A stretch of DNA of 48,567 nt from an uncultured bacterium (lineage in GTDB: Bacteria; Vulcanimicrobiota; CADAWZ01), in NCBI GenBank assembly GCA_902791745.1, contig CADAWZ010000001.1:1-48567 (forward strand), in the 5' to 3' direction. Positions 8,685 to 19,177 of the stretch are shown here, one piece after another. A program made the translations under genes and the position numbers. The notes under the pieces were generated by a model. It was not told the origin of the DNA. It was given only the letters and a program-made list of their open reading frames with translations, and did not search any database. Each line of letters starts with the position of its first letter. The first letter of the stretch is position 1.

Positions 8685-8693
8685 GTTAAATAC

Positions 8694-8729
8694 AAAAAAG
8701 AGATGTAAAAAAAATTACATCTCTTTTTT
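8694..8729. terminator. Bidirectional intrinsic terminator
   Basis: AAAAAAGAGATGTAA 8694-8708 pairs with TTACATCTCTTTTTT 8715-8729. Confidence 0.8.
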
Positions 8730-8753
8730 GTATCATAATAAAAATATAATATA

Positions 8754-9434
8754 CTAACCCATTTCAAGAATCTTTACAACAGGTGACTTTGGAAGATTAT
8801 TACAATCAACTTGTGTTGCCAAAGCATAAAGATTCTCGACATTAGTCATTTTACTCGTAAAATTCTCTATAGGTTCTTCAAGCCAAGATATATATTCTGT
8901 CAATTTCGTTTTATAGTGCATTGGAAATATTATTTTAGCTTTTAATTGGTTAATGACAAGAACAGCATCAGAAGATGTCAGGACAGTACCACCTCCTACT
9001 GGGCAGAACAAAACATCTATCTCACCTAACCACTCAATTTCTTTTCCTGTTAAAACATGACCTAAATCACCAAGAAAACAAAATTTTAAACCATCCATAT
9101 ACCACATAAAAATAGTATTAGGTCCTTTTTTCTTTCCAATAAATTTATCATGATAAGTTGGAAATCCCTTAAAAACAAGGGTTTCATCTGTTCTCTTAAT
9201 TGTCTGCTCAAATTCAACAATATAATCACTTGTTCTTTTTAAAACTAATGGATTTCCTCCAACTCTCCAATAGGCATTATGATCAGCATGTTCATGACTT
9301 TGCAAAATAATATCTGCTGAAACCATAGGAAAAGTATAAGGCATAGTTTTTCCAAAAGGATCTGTTACAATAGAAGTACCTTTAGTAGAGGAAATATAAA
9401 AAGAACTATGTCCCAAATATCTTACACTAGGCAT
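8754..9434 (-). CDS. MBL-fold metallo-hydrolase (UlaG/COG2220-like)
   Basis: The HEHADH (HxHxDH) motif is present. The N-terminus YLGHSSFYI...SIVTDPF is typical of the family. Confidence 0.75.
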   Translation of the reverse strand: MPSVRYLGHSSFYISSTKGTSIVTDPFGKTMPYTFPMVSADIILQSHEHADHNAYWRVGGNPLVLKRTSDYIVEFEQTIKRTDETLVFKGFPTYHDKFIGKKKGPNTIFMWYMDGLKFCFLGDLGHVLTGKEIEWLGEIDVLFCPVGGGTVLTSSDAVLVINQLKAKIIFPMHYKTKLTEYISWLEEPIENFTSKMTNVENLYALATQVDCNNLPKSPVVKILEMG

Positions 9435-9452
9435 ATAAATTAAATATCCTTT

Positions 9453-9701
9453 CTAAATTGTTACAGAAGGAGCAACCATAACTATTTGATTTTTATTAAT
9501 AGTTATAAAATCCAAAGAATCAAGTGGAGTATCTCCATTTAACTCATAAACAGTAGCATTAGTGACAGGTATAAAATCTCTTTCTTTATTTATTTCATCA
9601 AGCATTCTGCCACCTGGAACAACATGCATATCCCCTTCTATTCTATAAGAAGCAGTTAAAAGAATAACAGGTACTCTTTCTTTAAAAGTTTTTATTCCCA
9701 T
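9453..9701 (-). CDS. Small hypothetical protein (82 aa)
   Basis: The ATG at 9701 has AAAGGA 6 nt upstream. The gene is tightly linked to the MBL gene (18-nt gap). I recognise no family. Confidence 0.5.
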   Translation of the reverse strand: MGIKTFKERVPVILLTASYRIEGDMHVVPGGRMLDEINKERDFIPVTNATVYELNGDTPLDSLDFITINKNQIVMVAPSVTI

Positions 9702-9762
9702 AAACAATCCTTTCTAAAAATATAAATTAAAATTATAATTATGTTTTTCAAAATTAAATCCT

Positions 9763-11628
9763 TCACAATTTATGGGAAGCATTTTTAAAAAATAAAGAAA
9801 ACATTCTACTTAATACAATCTTAAAAGCCAACAACATAGCAATTCGAGCATAAAGAAGCCTCGACTCACCAGATAGAATATTTACACTATTATAATAATC
9901 ATTAAAAGAAGAAACCAATTCAAATACAAATTTAAATAAAATACCGCTATTTCTACTATCTAAAGCATCACAAACAACGGAAGGATATAAAATTAGTTGC
10001 TTAATTATATTAAATTCTTTATCTAATTCAAGTAATCTCATGTCATTTATTCCAACATTCTTTAAAATATATTCTGAATCTATTTTATATCCCTGTGTCT
10101 TAAATGACTTAAAAAGAGATGTAACTCGTGACATAGCAAGTTCTGCAGATTCTCTATATGTATTTAAATTTTTAAAATCTAAAGATAATACTGACTTAGG
10201 AGATTTATTTAAATTTTGCAGATAATACTCATCTGCAGTAATATTTTTTCCTAAATCATTTAAACCAATATATTCACCCTTCTGTTGATCTCCAAGCTTT
10301 TGAAAATTTTTAATTTCTGTTCTTTCCACAGAAACAACTTCAAATAATTTGTCATCAAATCCCAAAAAATTTAAAACTCTTGAATATTTATTATAAAATT
10401 CAACAGATTCTTCAGAAGACTTTATAAATAATAACAAATCTATATTCTCTCTCAATTTAGAAACAATAAAAGCCAAATCTACTAAATATTCTGAAGGCTC
10501 ATTATCAGGCAAATATAAAATACGGTCTTTAAAATCTCCAAAACATGTACTTTTTAGCCAAATCTGCTTTTTTATAGGATAAACAAGCTTATCATTTTCT
10601 GTAATAAAATTTAAATCTCTAATTTTTCCTTCAGAGTTATTAGGAGAATTCCAAAATTTATATAAATTAAAAAACTGTTCCCAAGAAAGTTTTTTAGCCG
10701 TTTTATCTGAAGATGCTTTTGTTGGTTTTATATCTTCATCATGAGAACATACCCAATAATTTAATGGAATTATTTCCTCTTCATATAATAATCCAGCTTC
10801 TAAAAATTTTTTATAAAGTTCTTCATAAACACCACGCTTGCCCTCAAAAGAAGAAGAACGAATCATTTTTCTAAAATTTACACCAATATCTTTAGACTTC
10901 AAAGTTATATTTTCAGAAACAAATTTAGAAATTACATCTTTTATTACAGATATTCTACCTGGTCTATCAGCAAATAACCAATCTGCAGAATATTCTTCAA
11001 TTATCTTTCGAGCTATATCAACTATTACTTGCCCGCGAAATGTAAATTTTTTACCTGCAGGCTCATCTCCCAAAAGTTCTCTATACCTCTGTTCAACAGA
11101 TGAAGCTATTAACCAAAGTGTTTCACCACTATCAAACTGCTCAATTTCACAAGAAGCTTTATAACCAGCAAATGATAATATATTTTTTAAAAAATTACCA
11201 AAAACAATTTTACGTCCATCATCAAAATTCATTGATATTAAAGAAGAGGTATTTCCCAATATCACAAGTGATTTCTTATCTTTTCCTATCGAATGAAGAT
11301 ATGAAAATCTCTCTCTCATAACAGACATAATAGCATAAAAAATAGCATCTTTTGTCAATGTTATATTTATAAAACCATTTGATGAATTTTTTATGCTTCT
11401 ACAAAAAGGAGGAATATGGTCTATTGCATTAACAATAGAAGAAGCTATAAAAGTAGGCTCCATATTCCAAGTATTTGCAATTTTTATTGCAACTGATGAA
11501 GAATAATCTCCCATATCTTTCTCATAAGATATATCAAGAGGAACTGGGAAAAAAATTTCTGTATCTTTCTCAGGAAATGTTGCTTTTATAGCTTCTTTTA
11601 ATATTGATTCTATTTTTTGTCTATACAT
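9763..11628 (-). CDS. Arginyl-tRNA synthetase-like protein with degenerate catalytic motifs
   Basis: The N-terminal MGDYSSSVAIKIA...NGFINITL matches the ArgRS Add-1 domain (E. coli FGDYQANGMMAVAKKL...GPGFINIFL). The HIGH region reads GNTSSLISMNFDDGRK, with no His. The C-terminal ...LFKFVFELVSSFNDYYNSVNIL...RLLYARIAMLLAFKIVL matches the DALR anticodon-binding domain. Confidence 0.7.
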   Translation of the reverse strand: MYRQKIESILKEAIKATFPEKDTEIFFPVPLDISYEKDMGDYSSSVAIKIANTWNMEPTFIASSIVNAIDHIPPFCRSIKNSSNGFINITLTKDAIFYAIMSVMRERFSYLHSIGKDKKSLVILGNTSSLISMNFDDGRKIVFGNFLKNILSFAGYKASCEIEQFDSGETLWLIASSVEQRYRELLGDEPAGKKFTFRGQVIVDIARKIIEEYSADWLFADRPGRISVIKDVISKFVSENITLKSKDIGVNFRKMIRSSSFEGKRGVYEELYKKFLEAGLLYEEEIIPLNYWVCSHDEDIKPTKASSDKTAKKLSWEQFFNLYKFWNSPNNSEGKIRDLNFITENDKLVYPIKKQIWLKSTCFGDFKDRILYLPDNEPSEYLVDLAFIVSKLRENIDLLLFIKSSEESVEFYNKYSRVLNFLGFDDKLFEVVSVERTEIKNFQKLGDQQKGEYIGLNDLGKNITADEYYLQNLNKSPKSVLSLDFKNLNTYRESAELAMSRVTSLFKSFKTQGYKIDSEYILKNVGINDMRLLELDKEFNIIKQLILYPSVVCDALDSRNSGILFKFVFELVSSFNDYYNSVNILSGESRLLYARIAMLLAFKIVLSRMFSLFFKNASHKL

Positions 11629-11630
11629 AA

Positions 11631-12626
11631 TTAATATGATTTATGTTCAACCAATACATTCATAGTAGTTTTTTTGCCATGTTTCCAAACTGTTAATTCT
11701 ATTGACTGTCCAGGAACACAACCATTTAACATAGCTCCAAAGTCATCTGTAGATAAAATACGCTGACCATTAAAATTTGTTATCAAACATCCTTGTTCAA
11801 TACCTGCTTTTCTTGCTGGTCCATAGTCAATTACTGTTTCTACATAAACACCATTTCTAACAGGCAAATCATAATTTTCAGCTATTTCTTTTGTTATAGT
11901 CTTTACACCTATACCAATCCAAGGCTTAGGTGAATTTTGAATTTCACCTTTCCTCAAATATTTCGAAGCTTCAATAGCAGTATTTATTGGAATAGCAAAA
12001 CTTAACCCCTGAGCATTTTTAGCTCTATACACAACAGTATTAACACCTATTACTTCTCCACTTAAATTTATCAAAGCACCACCAGAAGAACCACTATTTA
12101 TAGCTGTATCAGTTTGAATCATATTCCTATAAGTCAAATCTTTTCTTTGGATATCCCTATTTAAAGCACTTATACAACCAACAGTAACAGTCCATTGAAA
12201 TTGTAGAGGATTTCCAATAGCTATTGCAGTTTGACCAAGCTCCAATTTAGAAGAATCACCAAATTTAGGCACTGGTAAATTACTTGCCTTTACTTTAATT
12301 ACAGCTAAATCTTTTGAAGCTGAAGTTCCACATATAACAGCACTAAATGTTTTACCATTTACTAAAATAACTTGAATAGTAGAAGCATTTCTTACAACAT
12401 GTTCATTTGTCAATATATACCCATCTTTAGTCAAAACAATACCACTACCGCCTCCAGTTCTACCATCTTTTGAAGTAGTTTTAATTTTAACAACAGATGG
12501 CTTTGCCTTTTTCACTGCACTGACAACAGCAGATTCCTGACTTGGTGGGTATGCAGAGTAAACAGGAGTTGATAAAGAAAATAAAACCACAAACAAAAAT
12601 AAGATACTAAATTGTAAATATTTCAT
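11631..12626 (-). CDS. HtrA/DegP-family serine protease with one PDZ domain, secreted
   Basis: The catalytic triad context is TNEHVV, DLAVIKV and GSSGGALIN. A signal peptide and a C-terminal PDZ-like region are present. The ATG at 12626 has GGGAGAAG upstream. Confidence 0.85.
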   Translation of the reverse strand: MKYLQFSILFLFVVLFSLSTPVYSAYPPSQESAVVSAVKKAKPSVVKIKTTSKDGRTGGGSGIVLTKDGYILTNEHVVRNASTIQVILVNGKTFSAVICGTSASKDLAVIKVKASNLPVPKFGDSSKLELGQTAIAIGNPLQFQWTVTVGCISALNRDIQRKDLTYRNMIQTDTAINSGSSGGALINLSGEVIGVNTVVYRAKNAQGLSFAIPINTAIEASKYLRKGEIQNSPKPWIGIGVKTITKEIAENYDLPVRNGVYVETVIDYGPARKAGIEQGCLITNFNGQRILSTDDFGAMLNGCVPGQSIELTVWKHGKKTTMNVLVEHKSY

Positions 12627-12640
12627 AACAACTTCTCCCT

Positions 12641-13366
12641 TCAATCTTCCTGAACAGCAGTAGGTCTTTTTTTATTTTTATTTGAAGCAAGAAATTTTTT
12701 TAAAGCAAACAAATGTTTTATATAATTTATTACTTCACCTTTTCCAAGTTTGCTACTACCAAAACGCCTATCCTTAAAAATAAATGGAATCTCTATAAAA
12801 TGTTCATAATTTCCTTTTACAAATATTTCAAGCCCTATTTTAAAACCAATAGGATTTATATCAACTCCATCTATTACTTCTTTTCTAAAAAAGAAATAAC
12901 CAGAAGTAACATCTCTTACATCAGTAACAATACGCCCCATAATTATTGCAGTTTTTGAAATAAATCTTCTTATAAAAGGCCAATTTTCACTTCCTCCACC
13001 TTTTACATGTCTGCTACCTATCGAAACTTGAGCTTTATTTTTTTCAAGTGGCTCAACAAGACGAGGAATAATCTCAGGATCATGGCTTAAATCTGCATCC
13101 ATAACTCCCAATATATCACCTGAAGAAGCCTTAAGTCCAGCTACGACAGCACTTGATAATCCAGCTTTTACCTCCCTATGAACAACTTTTACATTGTACT
13201 TTTCTTTTAGCTTTTCTGCTACATCACCTGTGCCATCTGGAGAATTATCATCAACTACAACCAATTCACCATCTATATTATTTTTTTTTAAAACTTCAAA
13301 TATTTTATCTGTCAAAAATGGCAATGATTCAGCTTCATTATAACATGGAACAACTATTGAAATCAT
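12641..13366 (-). CDS. GT2 polyprenol-phosphate mannosyl/glycosyltransferase (Dpm1/Ppm1-like)
   Basis: Motifs ISIVVPCYNE, VVDDNSPDGT and GVMDADLSHDP are present. The RBS is AGGGGAA. Confidence 0.8.
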   Translation of the reverse strand: MISIVVPCYNEAESLPFLTDKIFEVLKKNNIDGELVVVDDNSPDGTGDVAEKLKEKYNVKVVHREVKAGLSSAVVAGLKASSGDILGVMDADLSHDPEIIPRLVEPLEKNKAQVSIGSRHVKGGGSENWPFIRRFISKTAIIMGRIVTDVRDVTSGYFFFRKEVIDGVDINPIGFKIGLEIFVKGNYEHFIEIPFIFKDRRFGSSKLGKGEVINYIKHLFALKKFLASNKNKKRPTAVQED

Positions 13367-13381
13367 ATTATTTCCCCTATA

Positions 13382-13858
13382 TTATATTGATATCACTTTT
13401 GTCGCAGCCATTATTTCTCTAAATATTTCTTCCATTAAAACGACTGAACCTAATGTAATTTTATCAATTAATTTATATTTTTCAGCTGATGTCATACATA
13501 TCAAAATTTTTACAGATTGTTTTTCAAGAGACGAAAAAATGCACATTCCTGTAGAACTTTCAAGTATTTTAACAGCTGTATTTAAAAGTATAACAGTTCC
13601 TGGCTTCTTTTTACTCAAATACATCTCATGTAAAAATTCAACCATTAATTTTTTACCAAACTCTGAATCATCAAGACCTATAGAATCAGATTTTAATAAA
13701 AGCACTGTCTTTTTCATTGGAGAAAAAGAACTATCAGAAGCATATTCAATATTTTCCAATACATCTGGAGAAGATGTTTTGCTGACATAATGAAGATAAT
13801 AAGTCATATCTATATCAGCAAATGCTGGAGGTAGAGCATTTTCAATCAAAAAAAACAT
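13382..13858 (-). CDS. DsrE/YedF-C-terminal-like protein (start uncertain)
   Basis: KKTVLLLKSDSIG..., ILLNTAVKIL, KILICMTSAEKY and GSVVLMEEI resemble the DsrE-like domain. The N-terminal 47 aa have no recognisable features, and M48 is an alternative start. Confidence 0.4.
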   Translation of the reverse strand: MFFLIENALPPAFADIDMTYYLHYVSKTSSPDVLENIEYASDSSFSPMKKTVLLLKSDSIGLDDSEFGKKLMVEFLHEMYLSKKKPGTVILLNTAVKILESSTGMCIFSSLEKQSVKILICMTSAEKYKLIDKITLGSVVLMEEIFREIMAATKVISI

Positions 13859-14177
13859 CTCCTTTCTAATTTTGGTACTTAAAATATTTTCACATGTTAT
13901 GTCTTGATTTAACTTTAATTTTTGGATAGTATTATTATTTTAACATGTATTTTATGAATGTGCAATATTTTTTAAAAAAAATCAAGTTAAGAAACACTCC
14001 ATTTTTCAAATAAAGGGAAAAATAAAAAATTTATAGAAAAATGTTTTTGTAAAAATTTAATGATATTTTATATTAACTTGGCAATAAAATAATAGAATTT
14101 TATTTTATACTATTCAAATTATTTAACTTCCAAATTAATAATATTTTAAATAAATATGACAGGAGAATGTTTTTGTC

Positions 14178-15692
14178 ATGAACTGGAGAACCAATCCAAC
14201 TGTATATGAAATAAATACAAGAATATGGTTAAAAGAAATTTCAAACAAATATAATATCAACATGGATATTGCCGATGTACCAGAAGAAGAGATATCCAAT
14301 ATAAAAGAAATGGGCTTTGATTCAATATGGCTCATGGGAGTTTGGGAACCTTCTTTAGCAGGAAGAGAAATTGCGGCAACTCACAATGGTTTACTTTCAG
14401 AATTTAAAAAAACTTTAAACGATTTAAAATCAGAAGATATAGTATCATCTCCATATGCTGTAAAAAGTTACAATGTCTCAAAAATTTTAGGTGGAAATGA
14501 ATCACTAATAAAATTTAGAGAAAAAATAAATAAAATTGGTCTAAAATTAATTCTCGATTTCGTTCCAAATCATACTGCAATAGACCATCCTTGGATAAAA
14601 GAACATCCAGAATATTATGTAAAAGGTACATATTCAGATTATATAAAAGATAGTGCCAATTTTTTCAATGCTGGATCTGAATCTGAACCACAAATTTTTG
14701 CACATGGAAAAGATCCATATTACCCAGGTTGGACAGATACCGCACAATTAAATTATTTCAATACAGGCTTAAGAAAAGCAATGATTGAAGTAATAAAAAA
14801 AATAGCTACTATGTCTGATGGTATAAGATGTGATATGGCTATGTTAATAATGAAAGGTATACAATATCAAGTATGGGGAGATAAGCTTTTCACTGAAAAA
14901 GATTCAAAAAGTGAATATGACGAATTTTGGAGTGAAGCCATAAAAGAAGTAAAAAAAGAATATCCAAATTTCATATTTATTGCAGAAGCCTATTGGATGA
15001 AAGAAGGACCATTGCAAGAATTAGGTTTTGACTATACTTACGATAAAGCTCTATATGATTGGCTCAAAAGAGGAGAAGTTAGAGAAATCTCTTCATATAT
15101 AAACAAAGGATTTGATGAATATCAAAAAAAATGTATAAGATTTATTGAAAATCATGATGAGGAAAGAGCAGGAAAAGTATTTGGAACAGAACATCAAAAA
15201 AGTGCACTGCTGACTATTTTATCTCTACCAGGAGCTTCATTAATTCATGAAGGAGAAATAGAAGGCAAAAAAATAAAAGTTCCTGTTCAACTATCGAGAA
15301 GACCTGAAGAGCCAATAAATAAAGATATTCAAAATTATTATCTAAATTTACTAAAAATAATATCTGAAGAAGAATTTCACGGTGGAAAATACAGACTATA
15401 TCATCAAAGAAGTGCTTGGGAAGGAAATTATACTTATACAAATTATTTGATATGGTCTTGGAGTTCTGAAAAAAATTTCTACTTAGTAGTAATAAATTTT
15501 TCGCCATTTAGAAGTCAATGTTATGTAACATTACCAAGCGAAGAAGTTGATAACCAAAACTGTACATTGGTAGATTTAATAGGTCCCAACATATATGAAA
15601 GAGATGGATGTGTATTATGTAGGCAAGGATTATATCTCGACTTACAACCATGGACAAGGCATCTATTCAAATTTGAAAGAGAAGAACAATAA
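14178..15692 (+). CDS. Alpha-amylase family glycoside hydrolase (GH13), cytoplasmic
   Basis: The four GH13 regions are present: DFVPNHTA, GIRCDMAM, FIAEAYW and FIENHDE. Confidence 0.85.
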   Translation: MNWRTNPTVYEINTRIWLKEISNKYNINMDIADVPEEEISNIKEMGFDSIWLMGVWEPSLAGREIAATHNGLLSEFKKTLNDLKSEDIVSSPYAVKSYNVSKILGGNESLIKFREKINKIGLKLILDFVPNHTAIDHPWIKEHPEYYVKGTYSDYIKDSANFFNAGSESEPQIFAHGKDPYYPGWTDTAQLNYFNTGLRKAMIEVIKKIATMSDGIRCDMAMLIMKGIQYQVWGDKLFTEKDSKSEYDEFWSEAIKEVKKEYPNFIFIAEAYWMKEGPLQELGFDYTYDKALYDWLKRGEVREISSYINKGFDEYQKKCIRFIENHDEERAGKVFGTEHQKSALLTILSLPGASLIHEGEIEGKKIKVPVQLSRRPEEPINKDIQNYYLNLLKIISEEEFHGGKYRLYHQRSAWEGNYTYTNYLIWSWSSEKNFYLVVINFSPFRSQCYVTLPSEEVDNQNCTLVDLIGPNIYERDGCVLCRQGLYLDLQPWTRHLFKFEREEQ

Positions 15693-15696
15693 ATAT

Positions 15697-15735
15697 AAAA
15701 AAAGTGGCTGCAAAAAGTATACAGCCACTTTTTTT
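15697..15735. terminator. Bidirectional intrinsic terminator
   Basis: AAAAAAAGTGGCTG 15697-15710 pairs with CAGCCACTTTTTTT 15722-15735. Confidence 0.8.
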
Positions 15736-15744
15736 ATAATAAAA

Positions 15745-16278
15745 CTAAAAACCAATTAAACTTGACACAGAAGATGCCATTGAACCTATAGATGAAAGAA
15801 CACCTGAACCAATGCCTGAAAGTAATGATGTTCCAACTTGTGAAATATTACCTAATGTATCACTACTTATAAGTTGACTTGCTGATTGAAAATCTCCTTC
15901 TATTGCTTTTTCAACAGCTTGTGCTATACTCGAATCAATACTTGTCCCTGATTGCTGTGCTTGGTTGTAGAGATTTTGAAGATTTGATATAGAAGATGAA
16001 GGATCAGAACCACTATTTACTGTACTTAAAACAGATTCAAGAGCTGATTTCAATGTAGAATTTTGATCAGACTGTCCAGATAAACTACTTAAAGCAGCAG
16101 AAGAAAGGGAAAGACTGTCTTGTATCATTGACTGTAATGGATTTTCAGAACCTTCTTGTCCCTGTCCTTGACCTGAAATCATAGAAGTTATACCACTTAT
16201 AGGATTTTGAGCCAAAGAAGATATTGAAGAAATACCATTACTTACCAAGTTAGAAATTCCACCGATTAAGTTAGACAT
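15745..16278 (-). CDS. Ser/Gly/Gln-rich low-complexity protein, function unknown
   Basis: The ATG at 16278 has GGAGG upstream. Composition is about 30% Ser with no TM segment or signal peptide. It is flanked by terminators on both sides. Confidence 0.5.
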   Translation of the reverse strand: MSNLIGGISNLVSNGISSISSLAQNPISGITSMISGQGQGQEGSENPLQSMIQDSLSLSSAALSSLSGQSDQNSTLKSALESVLSTVNSGSDPSSSISNLQNLYNQAQQSGTSIDSSIAQAVEKAIEGDFQSASQLISSDTLGNISQVGTSLLSGIGSGVLSSIGSMASSVSSLIGF

Positions 16279-16384
16279 ATAAAAAACCTCCAAAGATTTA
16301 ATTTATAAATTTATTATACAAAAAGACAGATTAAGTAAAGATTAAAAAGCGAACATTTTAAATTAAATTAAAATTAAACAAAAT

Positions 16385-16421
16385 AAAAAAATCATTGAGG
16401 TTAACAACTCAATGATTTTTT
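16385..16421. terminator. Bidirectional intrinsic terminator
   Basis: AAAAAAATCATTGAG 16385-16399 pairs with CTCAATGATTTTTT 16408-16421. Confidence 0.8.
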
Positions 16422-16432
16422 ATAAATATTTT

Positions 16433-18100
<1,668 letters not shown>

Positions 18101-18202
18101 TTCTTGAACTTCCTCCGCAATTCTTTATAATTTATATTTTATACATTTAATATAATATTTTTTTATTTTATGAAAAATACCTTTTAAAAAACACATATAA
18201 AC

Positions 18203-18226
18203 AAAAAAACCCCTAAAAGGGGTAAA
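18203..18226 (-). terminator. Intrinsic terminator of the NlpC/P60 gene
   Basis: The minus strand reads ACCCC-TTTTA-GGGGT followed by TTTTTTT. Confidence 0.65.
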
Positions 18227-18238
18227 ACATTAATATAT

Positions 18239-18826
18239 TTACCAATACCTACAAGCACCTACATAAGCATTTTTAAAATATTCAGAGTCAAGACTATCTA
18301 TAGTTACTCCTCTACTACTTGATGCATGTATAAATTTGTTATCACCAATATATATGCCAACATGACTTACACCAGGAGCATATGTTGTAAAAAATACTAA
18401 ATCTCCAACAGCAAGTTGTGATTTTTCTATTTTCTGCCCACCATAATACTGCTCATCAGCAAGTCTTTTTATATTTAAACCATGACGACCATATATATTC
18501 ATTATAAATCCTGAACAATCAAATCCTGAACTTGTTGTTCCTCCCCAAACATAGGGAACACCAATAAACCTTTTAGCAGTATTTACTATCATTCCACCTC
18601 TACTACTTAAAGATGCTCTTTTTCTCCAATCTCCTAAATTTTTCTTATCAGAAACGGAACCCATTATTGAAGAATTAAATGAATCTTCATTTCCATCAAT
18701 TATTATGATAGTTGTTGTATCTGATTTAGTCTCTTCTTTTATTTCTTGAGCTTTTAATACATCTGTAAATCCATAAAAAAATAAAGAGACAAATAAAAAT
18801 AAATATACAAATCTAAATTTTATCAA
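18239..18826 (-). CDS. NlpC/P60 family peptidoglycan endopeptidase, secreted
   Basis: YVWGGTTSSGFDCSGF carries the catalytic Cys and SHVGIYIG..KFIHASS the His. A signal peptide is present. The TTG start has AAAGGGGG upstream. Confidence 0.85.
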   Translation of the reverse strand: MIKFRFVYLFLFVSLFFYGFTDVLKAQEIKEETKSDTTTIIIIDGNEDSFNSSIMGSVSDKKNLGDWRKRASLSSRGGMIVNTAKRFIGVPYVWGGTTSSGFDCSGFIMNIYGRHGLNIKRLADEQYYGGQKIEKSQLAVGDLVFFTTYAPGVSHVGIYIGDNKFIHASSSRGVTIDSLDSEYFKNAYVGACRYW

Positions 18827-18924
18827 GAGAGCCCCCTTTATGTTTTAGAACATGCATCAGAGAACTCTTACTGCTTTACTATGAAACTGCTATAGAGAAA
18901 TAGTTCAACCAAGCATGAAAAACT

Positions 18925-18963
18925 CCACGAAATCTCAAAATGCAGTTTAGGCAGTTTTCGTGG
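18925..18963 (-). promoter_or_regulatory. Terminator-like hairpin in the 5' leader region of the NlpC/P60 gene
   Basis: CCACGAAA 18925-18932 pairs with TTTCGTGG 18956-18963. The loop holds a GCAGTTT direct repeat. On the minus strand the stem is followed by AGTTTTTC. Confidence 0.4.
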
Positions 18964-19123
18964 GATTTACAATTTATAACATTAATTTTAATTCTACAAG
19001 TAAATAAATTATCCTCTTTAGTTTTTATTTCAATGAATATCATAAATAAAGGATATTTTATAATTCTGTCAAAACAATTAAAATTCAAGTAGATTATTTC
19101 TTATTTTAATATAATTGCAAAAT

Positions 19124-19164
19124 GAACCGAGGGACAATCGGCTTGTCCCTTGTTGCTTTTTTTT
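19124..19164 (+). terminator. Terminator-like hairpin plus T8 immediately upstream of the GT2 synthase SD
   Basis: AGGGACAA 19130-19137 pairs with TTGTCCCT 19143-19150, with an imperfect extension, followed by TTTTTTTT at 19157-19164. A TATAAT box lies at 19110-19115. SD AAAGGA and the ATG at 19178 follow. Confidence 0.5.
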
Positions 19165-19177
19165 AAAAGGATGTTTG

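Noticed and set aside
18840-18920. tRNA-like T-loop string GTTCAACC
   Set aside because: No complementary T-stem, acceptor stem or anticodon arm can be formed around it on either strand.
18827-18965. c-di-AMP (ydaO-type) riboswitch, which is often found upstream of NlpC/P60 genes
   Set aside because: None of the GC-rich conserved blocks I recall for that family are present. Only a simple hairpin is present.
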